From positions 2,832,778 to 2,896,777 of the forward strand of contig NC_134030.1 of assembly GCF_964204645.1 (NCBI RefSeq): a DNA stretch of 64,000 nt. Reading direction: 5' to 3'. Both the position numbers and the translations under genes were made by a program. Numbering within the stretch: position 1 is the stretch's first letter; every line of letters begins with the position of its first letter. Positions 41,058 to 50,184 of this stretch are shown here, one piece after another. The notes under the pieces are model-generated. The model did not search any database. It saw nothing but the letters and a program-made list of their open reading frames with translations, and was not told where the DNA came from. Source of the stretch: Tubulanus polymorphus (lineage: Eukaryota > Animalia > Nemertea).

Positions 41058-41381
41058 AATGACCAGAAAAACAAGTTACAAAGCATATTAACTCACAGGA
41101 TCTAAAATAGAAGCAGTGTGTCAAAACTAAAGATAAACAGACCAAGCAATAAAACATCAAGGGGTACCGTGGAAACCACAGCAATTCTAAACAGTTCAGA
41201 GTAAAAACAAATCATGTAACTAAGTGAAGTGGACTGAAGAGTCTGGGCAGAATTTCTTTTGGTAGTAGAACGATAACCACACTCAAACGTGGTGAACGGA
41301 TAATAAGATAAAATCCCACTATTTACAGATTAAAAGAATTTAAAAACCAGAATTTATTTATTCGATCAAAAATATATAAAA

Positions 41382-41425
41382 GACACGACGTTTCGATCTC
41401 ACCCTAGAGATCATCGTCAGGTGTC
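41382..41425 (-). ncRNA. Minimal type I hammerhead ribozyme motif (Penelope-like element type)
   Basis: Minus strand GACAC-CTGACGA-T-GATCTC tagggt GAGATC-GAAAC-GTC-GTGTC: intact core, perfect stems I and II, palindromic ACGT in place of stem III, GUC cleavage triplet. Confidence 0.75.
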
Positions 41426-41487
41426 AACCGTATCGAATATTCCGTAAATGATAATTGTTAAAACCAGACACGTGGCAAGAACAATCC

Positions 41488-41529
41488 ACACCTGACGATG
41501 ATCTCTAGGGTGAGAGCGAAACGTCGTGT
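41488..41529 (+). ncRNA. Minimal type I hammerhead ribozyme motif (inverted twin)
   Basis: ACAC-CTGACGA-T-GATCTC tagggt GAGAGC-GAAAC-GTC-GTGT, with one mismatch in stem II. Confidence 0.7.
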
Positions 41530-41875
41530 CTTTTATATATTTTTGATTGAATAAATAAATTCTTTTAATCTGTAAATAGTGGGATTTTATCTTATTTTCT
41601 TTTGGAAGGATTGTGAACTCTGTGATACGTCGAGAGGTCTGATTGTGGTCGGGTATTCTGAACAAGAACACCCACACACATATGTATACAATTTTTTGAA
41701 GTGTATCTTAGGTAGAATTGACAAATAAATTTGAAGTTCATTTTTGACGGGTAAGAAATGAATGTTTGACGAGTAAAAGATTTAACTGCCAGGTCAATCA
41801 AATATTCACTTTTACGTCACTCCGTCGACTAGGAAAACTCATCTCACTAAAAACTGTTACTGTTGTATTTTTAGA

Positions 41876-42847
41876 TTCAAATGGATTTTTCTTGCCACGT
41901 GTCTGGTTTTAACAATTATCATTTACGGAATATTCGATATAAAGAAAAGAGAAAAGAAAGATATGAGATTGCAGAATATAACCAAAATGATGATAAGGAA
42001 TAATGTATCCAAAATGATGGAACCACCTTCGACCAATCATATCGGGTCTTTACGAGGTATCGAATTCGTTAGAAACAATATCACATTATGTCGGGGAAAC
42101 CCAAAAACTGTTGTCGTCATCATATCACATTCAGAAAACTATAAACAACGGCGGGCGATTCGTGCAACATGGGGCAAATCGACTAGTGATATTCGGTATG
42201 TTTTCTTGCTGGGATTATCTCCCGATCAACTTTGGGAAAAGTTTGTGTCCATCGAAATGGATACATACGGTGATATCGTAGAGATGAATATGATTGAAAT
42301 GTATTATAAATTGACAATGAAATCGGGAGCTATGGTGAAATGGGTTAATGAATTTTGCCGAAATGTGAAGTACGTCATCAAAGTCGACGATGACATGTAT
42401 TTGGACGCCGAGCAATATACGTCAGCGTTAGATGCGCACGCAGATCAAAGTACATATTTCTTGTGTTACTTAGTGAGGAATCCAGGCGTTGACAGAAATC
42501 CTAAAAGTAAATTTTATGTAAGTCGGAAAATGTGGCCGTTATCGCGTTACCCGGATTATTGTTCCGGTACCGGGTATGGTTTTACGGCGAACATAATTCC
42601 CGAATTGTGGAGAACGGCTCTAGAAACTAAACTAATAAACAACGAAGATGTCTGGTTAACGGGTGTTGTAGTTAGTAAAATGAAAGGTGTAAAACATATT
42701 GACGATCGTCGCATTAATTTGTTGTCTTCATCGAGAAATTGGTGCGAATCGAAAGATTACATTACGACGCACAGACTAAGCCCTGAAAATCTGATGGATA
42801 TATGGAAAGATAAACTCGCCGGGAAAATTTGCCCCCCGAAAAAATAA
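41876..42847 (+). CDS. GT31 beta-1,3-galactosyltransferase-like, copy 2 (main exon)
   Basis: Acceptor ttttag before 41876, TM FKWIFLATCLVLTIIIYGIF, catalytic region almost identical to copy 1. Confidence 0.9.
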   Translation, partial: FKWIFLATCLVLTIIIYGIFDIKKREKKDMRLQNITKMMIRNNVSKMMEPPSTNHIGSLRGIEFVRNNITLCRGNPKTVVVIISHSENYKQRRAIRATWGKSTSDIRYVFLLGLSPDQLWEKFVSIEMDTYGDIVEMNMIEMYYKLTMKSGAMVKWVNEFCRNVKYVIKVDDDMYLDAEQYTSALDAHADQSTYFLCYLVRNPGVDRNPKSKFYVSRKMWPLSRYPDYCSGTGYGFTANIIPELWRTALETKLINNEDVWLTGVVVSKMKGVKHIDDRRINLLSSSRNWCESKDYITTHRLSPENLMDIWKDKLAGKICPPKK

Positions 42848-43688
42848 CGATGGATATCTCTCACCTCTGTGAAAGCATGTTTTTATTTTCAGCAATGTAA
42901 GAATGAGAGAATTGAACATATTATCAAAATATGATAATAATTTGATGTAATTGTTGATACATGTAGTTTAGACTGGTGATTAATTAACTATCGTGAAGGC
43001 TGAGAAAGCTCAATCTCCATTTTCTCAAAAAATAATCTTTTCGATGTTTCATGATGCATACAATTCCCGGCTATCTGCCGAGTAAAAGCATAACCCCGAA
43101 TCGATCAATGCTTTTTTTATTTATTTATTCTTTATTTACGAATTAAATTACATTACAAAATTACAGATAATAATATGGTTATGTAATATAAGTCGATGGA
43201 TACCAGGAAAAGTTAAAAACTTGTAATCATAAAACATGGCCCTGGCACCCATGGAAATCACACACGCACACAATCTTCCACCAAACTATCACACTTGGAC
43301 AGGCACAAGCATGAAAATCATGACAAGGCAGTGAACAAGTGACACAAAAAATTCAGATCAGTATACATTTAACAGAGATTACATAACTATTGACCCATTA
43401 ACAGATGATGTTTGAAATTCTTTTTAAAAACGTAGATACTCTTCGACCCTTTCAGCTTCCAATTTCCATGTCCATCTGCCACACAATTTTCTGAATAAAT
43501 CTGATAATAATAGTTCATTTTCGTTCGATAATCCGTCAACGATAATGTAACACGTGTAGAAATCAAGTACGAACAAATTGAATTCACTCACCGGCAACAG
43601 TTGGTCAACACTGATGAAACCGTTGTTTGTAAATCACCATATGTTGTCAAAACTCAACCCCGATGCGAACATCTATGTAAGACTTCTG

Positions 43689-43814
43689 GGGTCAGTTGCA
43701 CAGTCGTGACTTAAGTCAAAAAGTGGTCTTAAATCTTAAGACTGGTCTTAAGTTGTTAGATTGGTGATAGAACTAAGTTGGTCTTAGTCTAAGCCATGAC
43801 TATGCAACCGGTCC
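43689..43814 (-). mobile_element. PIF/Harbinger-like MITE, family A
   Basis: Same internal sequence in reverse orientation, CTG TSD. A degraded partial copy also lies at ~57358-57461. Confidence 0.8.
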
Positions 43815-44188
43815 CTGGTATTAAACTCTAATCAGAGTACAATATTGATGAATGTTTTAAATGGTGGGGCAAACGTCTCAATTATTACGAAAAGAGGAGT
43901 TCAATAAAATAGTTCACGTGTTTATAGAAAACGTTTTGAGTTAATTTCGAATGTCTTGAAGAAAATAGAAATGAAAATCTCTTAAATTCCATTATCTGCC
44001 ACCCTCAATTATCCACCAAAATCGCTTGATAGTGGTGGATAACCGGGAGTCGACTGTATTGAGATTTTCATCATCATCATCACTGCCAGATGAAATATAT
44101 CAAATATGAGTATATTCAGTTATACGTCACTCCGTCGACTCGAAAACTTGTATTATTTCACTAAAAACTCTTACTGTTGTATTTTTAG

Positions 44189-45116
44189 ATTCAAATGGAT
44201 TGTTCTTGCCACGTGTCTGGTTTTCACATTTATCATTTACGGAATGATCGATATAAAGAAAAGAGAAAAGGGAAAAATAGAAAAGCAGCTGTCACCACCG
44301 TCACTTTACATCGGGTCTTTGCAAGATATCAAATTCGTTAGAAACAATGCCACATTGTGTCGGGGAAACCCCAAAACTGTTGTCGTCATCATATCGCATT
44401 CGGAAAACTATAAACAACGGTTGGCGATTCGTGCAACATGGGCCAAATCGACTAGTGATATTCGGTATGTTTTCTTACTGGGATTATCTCCCGATCAACT
44501 TTGGGAAAAGTTTGTGTCCATCGAAATGGATACATACGGTGATATCGTAGAGATAGATATGATTGAAATGTATTATAAATTGACAATGAAATCGGGAGCT
44601 ATGGTGAAATGGGTTAATGAATTTTGCCGAAATGTGAAGTACGTCATCAAAGTCGACGATGACATGTATTTGGACGCCGAGCAATATACGTCAGCGTTAG
44701 ATGCGCACGCAAATCAAACTGCATATTTCTTGTGTTACTTGGTGAGGCGACCGGGCGTTGACAGAAATCCTAAAAGTAAATTTTATGTTAGTCGGAAAAT
44801 GTGGTCGTTATCGCGTTACCCGGATTATTGTTCCGGTACCGGGTATGGTTTTACGGCGAACATAATTCCCGAATTGTGGAGAACGTCTCTAGAAACAAAA
44901 CTAATGAACAACGAAGATGTCTGGTTAACGGGTGTTGTAGTTAGTAAAATGAAAGGTGTAAAACATATTGACGATCGTCGCATTAATTTGTTGTCTTCAT
45001 CGAGAAATTGGTGCGAATCGAAAGATTACATCACGACGCACAGACTAAGCCCTGAAAATCTGATGGATATATGGAAAGATAAACTCGCCGGGAAAACTTG
45101 CCCACCGAAAAAGTAG
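44189..45116 (+). CDS. GT31 beta-1,3-galactosyltransferase-like, copy 3 (main exon)
   Basis: Same acceptor context and motifs as copy 2; near-identical catalytic domain. Confidence 0.9.
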
Positions 45117-47068
45117 CATGGACATTTCTATCAATCACCCTTGGCATGGCATGGGGCTATTTATTAGTACGAGTGACGAGTTGAGGGGGGGGGGGTAATA
45201 AACGATTTACCTACTTTTCTCATGGGGGTTACTATCTATGCAATGGAATGATCTCCACTTGTTTCTTCTCACCTGTTTTCCGTCGTTCTGAACAATGTTA
45301 AGGTAAACATTTGCGGAGCAGCGAAAGTCGTATAATCGCTTATATCGGTTGAAAATTTATGGTCTCGATTTTTCGAAGAAATCTATATTCCTAAGGTGGA
45401 TTTTATAAGTCGAAACTCGCCTATCTCGTAAAAACTTTTTTGGTCCCAAAATAAAAAAGATCACTCACTTTAAGTCGGAGGGCTTTCTGTCCATTGCAGT
45501 TAGATTTTTTTCCTGTTCGCTCCGAACCCTGTTTTTAGGTTGAAATCGACGATAAATATCAACAGACGTTATTTCATATGTGGTTGGTGTATCAGAATAG
45601 AAAACCCGAAATATGTTAGTATTTTGAAATCAATTCTTGTAGATGTTGATTAAATTTTTCCGTTTACTGAAATTATTCTCAAGTAGTTTTCGGTGGTGTC
45701 TCCAGTAAGTACCGGTAATTCAATTACATAGTACATATTGTCTGGCTTCATATAACATATTGGACGTCATTACGGCCATTTTGAAGTTGGGAGGAGGGAG
45801 GATTGTCAAGATTTATGCACAGATTGAGGGTTCAATAGTAGAAATATCGTACAAGGGGAATAGTACAAAGGGAGGGGCTTTGCTCGTTTCGTTAAAATGT
45901 ATTATTTTTGATATAGATTTATATAAATGTTGCTGTTTTTAGCGGCGTATTTTCATGCATAATACAAATGTTACGCAACCAGGTTCTAACTTTGCTTGTT
46001 TTCCTGCTATGTGGAAAACGGTGAAAGGAAGAAGATAAAGTAATAGGTCCAATAGTATACTATAGTAGTAAATTTGTTTTCTAAATCTTTTTCCAAATTT
46101 TACTTTGTGATATTTCTAGATGAATTAATTATGATGTAAAATAGCTTTTTTGTCGTAAATGCTGCAATAAATATTATTTCCTTTTGATTATATGTCGTGT
46201 GTTCTCTTACAAACACAGTTGTAGCATCGACTCCATGGTTGTAGGCACTGAACGGTGCGATATGCCATTTCTTCAATAGGCGGAGATGTGGGGTGTAACT
46301 CAGGTTTAGTGACATTCTGGAGATGAGGTTAGGGTAAAACCGTCAACCAGAAATGTGACATTCCAGGCCTAAAGCCCATGAGACTATCAAGGCCATGGGC
46401 GTGCCAAGCTTTCGTCGGCTGCAGGAGCTACAAAAAGGACGACCTAGTATTTTTTTCATCTTCAAACTATACCACCTGACGCTCAATATAGGCGGTAAAA
46501 AGCTTGGCATATTTCTTACATCATTACAGCCATTTTTATGACATTCGTGTTAAGCTTCCCCCTCTAAGCCGTACAACTATACATGTACATTACACGTACA
46601 CGTACATTTAGATATCTAAATGATACGTAGTATAATCCAAGTACAGTCCAGAAAGGGGTTCAACATTGAGCATTGCGATCATACATATCTAGTCCACGTT
46701 TCATTAATCTGTTAATTGAATTGATCAATTGTATCTATCGAACACGTTGCGTTACGACACGTTATGCAGAAGATTGATATCAATAATTGATAATAATTAA
46801 TAATGATAATTAATACCCGAGTTGAGTTATAGACGAAGAACCGATGTTTAAATAAGATGAGAAATGAAAATCCACCACACGAAACCTTTTAAGCAAATAA
46901 ATTAGAGGAGAATTTCGTTATTACAAGATAAATACAAACACGTGACCATAAATAGAGATATTTGAACACGATTGATAAAACACTATATCCGTGTTGAAGC
47001 GATGAAGAGAGAATCCCACAATGATAACGAAAAACTGTCCGAAAATGTTACTTTGAGCTTAGTAGTTC

Positions 47069-47110
47069 ATTCAACGTTTCGACTATATCCTAATAGTCAT
47101 CTTCAGGAAT
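47069..47110 (-). ncRNA. Minimal hammerhead ribozyme motif (second family)
   Basis: Minus strand ATTC-CTGAAGA-T-GACTAT taggat ATAGTC-GAAAC-GTT-GAAT. Degenerate relatives at ~9162-9198 and ~10386-10426. Confidence 0.7.
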
Positions 47111-47237
47111 AATGCAGAGATATTTGTAGTTAGTCAGAAACGGCATGGTCCTGCTTCACAAAAATGCCTTTTACTCAGGCTCGGTCTATTCGGTAACCCT
47201 TACATACCATTGGTACCGCAATTACACATATATATAT

Positions 47238-48507
47238 TGATCCGCAGCAAGATTCCGTAGTAACTAAAAAATGTTTGTAATGATGGTTTTTGTTTACGTT
47301 GGTGGTTTCTTTATGGGTATCAGACAGCAAACGATGTGTGCAAGTTGTTGTTTGATGCTTTGATCTACCAGCGCTGACAATAAATCAGCCAGGGGTAAAA
47401 ATAATTCTTCCTCGGTTCTTGTGCTGCGATATCTGGCAAACATTCAGAATTATTTTTAAAACTTAAGGATAGACGGAACTGTAATTGGTTGGGTCGGAAC
47501 GATGAGGTGCTTTGATAGTGTGGTTTGTGCAGGGATCTCACTGTTACTTCTTGATACTCCCGACTACTTTCTATAAAAGGAAGAACCGGAAGTATAGGGA
47601 GACATGGTTGTTTTGCTTTATCCTGTAGTATTATAGAGTTAGTTAAATTATAAATGAAAATTGGTATAATAAGTATAGGATGATTTTAGATTTGATAATT
47701 AATTACATTGTATTTCTGAATCAAAAGTTTACTATTGTTGATTGGAAAAAGAAACGATGAGTTTGTTCCATAATCTAGGTGAAAACTAAGTTTTGAAAAT
47801 ATATCTAAATTAAGTATCCTGGATGTTAATTAAGGACAAGACCTTTATAATCGCTTAAGTTTTATGGAAGTTTAATTGTGGCAAATATCAATACTAGCTC
47901 TCTAAGGTTTCTGTTGGTGTACATGTCTGTTGGTAACTCGTAGAGAATAGCTGCTCTCTCAACGAAGATAAGCAAGGAGTGAGTAAATCAAAGCGCGTTA
48001 TGACAGGAGGGTTGGAAAGAAAAGTTACTTTGGCAAATCAGTTTCTCAAATAATTTTAGATTAGCGAATCATTAAGGCTAATTCTACATGTCCAAAACCG
48101 TCATGACAGCTAGGTTGCTGCTCCTTGCCAAAAGTCGAACGGGAGAGTCGGCATTCTAGGAATGCCGATCTTTTCTATAAAAAGAGGCCCGCAGTCTTGA
48201 GAAAGCAGACTTACCAGGGACGCTCGTTAGAGATACTTGAGGTTTGGGTGGAAATACCAGAGTTAAGGCGGGTTACCAACAGTAGTGTACGATAGGAATT
48301 TGGAGTTAGGAATTGGACTGTGTACTATCTGGAGTTATTACTTTCATCAAGGTAAATAAAATCTATATTATTATTATTATATTCAATCAGAATTTCGGCA
48401 TTTTAGTTTGATTATTTGGGTTTGTGCACGGACACGTTCTCTCGCCAGGGACCGATCTTTACGTTTTATATTCAACGATTAAGGAGAGGATTGTGACCGG
48501 TGTATCA
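47238..48507 (+). repeat. 5' LTR (1270 bp)
   Basis: Direct repeat of 53610-54880. TATA-like ctataaaa at ~47571 and ~48175, AATAAA at ~48355. Confidence 0.96.
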
Positions 48508-48508
48508 T

Positions 48509-48526
48509 TGGTGCCGAAACCCGGGA
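48509..48526 (+). other. Primer-binding site complementary to the 3' 18 nt of tRNA-Phe(GAA)
   Basis: TGGTGCCGAAACCCGGGA lies one base after the LTR and is the reverse complement of the metazoan tRNA-Phe 3' end UCCCGGGUUUCGGCACCA. Confidence 0.9.
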
Positions 48527-48679
48527 TATCAATAATCTTCGGTTTACGATAAACTTTTTACATTAATTGTTTAGTTTTGTTCAAATGGTACATATCTTCG
48601 TATGCTCCCACTGTGGTGCGAGGAACGCATTCTCTAAGAAGCGCCGCACTACAACCAACTCAGCATACAAAAAGAAATT

Positions 48680-49043
48680 GTGGGGGTCGAACCCACCTAA
48701 TACCAAACCGTTTGAAATTCCGGTCGAGTTTCGGGAACCATTGTGGGATTCGAACCCACTGCCAACTCCGGTCGTCCCTGTTGAGACATTGCGGGATCCG
48801 AACCCGCGAAGTGCACGACCATTTGAGATTCCGGAGGAACTTCGAGAGCCGTCGTGGGATTCGAACCCACCACTGCACGCTCATGTGTAATACCGGAGGA
48901 GTGTCGGGGACCTCTGTGGGATTCTAACCCACTCGCCATGCAGGTCGACACCGATGGGGCTGCACTACAGCCATTGAGGGGTTCGAACCCTCCACCTTGT
49001 GAATTGCCAAAACCGTCCAGCCAGGATGGGGAATCGAACCTAC
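48680..49043. repeat. Array of seven 17-nt tRNA T-arm-like hairpins (GNGGG-RTYCGAA-CCCNC) in the retroelement leader
   Basis: Units start at 48680, 48743, 48791, 48854, 48916, 48976 and 49027. The reverse complement reads as GTGGGTTCGAATCCCAC (T-psi-C arm / B box). Confidence 0.85.
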
Positions 49044-49115
49044 ATCTGTCTTTTGGGTTGTCAATTTAAAAAAAAAAAATGTTATTTTAGATTAGTATTC
49101 GTTTAAAGATATACA

Positions 49116-50174
49116 ATGTCGACTGGAGGGGAGACGACGTACGGTGCGGGTGGCTCACGGGAACGATCCGCTGTAAGCAACGACACTGTTCTGCAGGCCC
49201 TCTCTGGCCTTCGCGAACAGGTGGACACAGCCACGGCGTTCATGAATTTCTCTTTGCTCCCTAAATTTACGGGACGAGACGACCAGTGCGTCACTGATTG
49301 GTTCAAAGGATTTGACCGTTTGGCCGACCTAAGGGGTTGGAACGATGACGCTAAAAAGAAACAGTTGTATTGGTTTTTGGCTGGCCCGGCCCTAATCTTA
49401 TTTAATGATCTTCGAATTGATCAGGGAACCGATGCGACCGGTGGCAAAGTTGTCACTCCCTGGGAAAATATTGTCCGTGCGTTTTGCGCGCAATTTAGCC
49501 CCACCTCGTGGGCTTTGGTCAAGGAGTCGGCTTTGACGACGATGCGACAGGGGGAGACACAACCGGTCGATAGGTTTGCGGAAGAGATTGATCGTGTGGC
49601 CTCGAGTTTGAAATTTTCGGACCACCAGAAAAAGATGTTACTAATTAATAACTCCCGCCCTGATATTTCTGTCTATTTGTTGTCACAGCGTCCTACGACG
49701 TTTAGGGATGCATGGGAGGCAGCCAGAATGGCGGAGCATATCGAACAACGTAAAGCTCTGTCGTCTCCCAAGGTATCGCAAATTGGGACCGAACCAAATA
49801 AAGCGATGGGTGACGTTATGGCTGAATTACGGGACATGTTCCGCCAAATTATGGACATCCAGAAGTCTACCCGTACTCAGCAGAATGATAGAGCCACATT
49901 TTATAGCGAAAGCCGCCCGTTACAAAGGTCACAGGATGGCCAGGTGGTGTGCTTTCAATGTCACGCCCCTGGTCATTACGCCAGGAATTGCCCGACGTGG
50001 CGTTACGACCAACAAAGGTCACCAAACCGGGACGCATTTCAGCGTGATAATCGCCGTCCCCAAAATGCTAGTAGGGGTCACTTTCGGTCACAGAATCTTG
50101 GGCATGATTCCCAACGGGTTAATCGAACATTTGGTCAGGGAAACGACCGGAGACCTCATCCTATGGACCGATAA
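49116..50174 (+). CDS. gag: Retrotransposon Gag
   Basis: Capsid-like LPKFTG...WF..F...A...GW, RQGETQPV motif and zinc knuckle CFQCHAPGHYARNC. Confidence 0.93.
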   Translation: MSTGGETTYGAGGSRERSAVSNDTVLQALSGLREQVDTATAFMNFSLLPKFTGRDDQCVTDWFKGFDRLADLRGWNDDAKKKQLYWFLAGPALILFNDLRIDQGTDATGGKVVTPWENIVRAFCAQFSPTSWALVKESALTTMRQGETQPVDRFAEEIDRVASSLKFSDHQKKMLLINNSRPDISVYLLSQRPTTFRDAWEAARMAEHIEQRKALSSPKVSQIGTEPNKAMGDVMAELRDMFRQIMDIQKSTRTQQNDRATFYSESRPLQRSQDGQVVCFQCHAPGHYARNCPTWRYDQQRSPNRDAFQRDNRRPQNASRGHFRSQNLGHDSQRVNRTFGQGNDRRPHPMDR

Positions 50175-50184
50175 GGGTGGGGTC
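50138..50184 (+). promoter_or_regulatory. -1 programmed ribosomal frameshift signal
   Basis: Slippery heptamer G GGA AAC in the correct gag phase (50138-50144), a 7-nt spacer and an 11-bp stem GACCTCATCCT/AGGGTGGGGTC. The -1 frame is open into ORF 50177-50530. Confidence 0.8.

Noticed and set aside
48680-49043. CRISPR array interpretation of the palindromic repeat-spacer pattern
   Set aside because: Eukaryotic retroelement context, no cas genes, repeats only 17 nt and degenerate, and several spacers are homologous to each other (tandem duplication).
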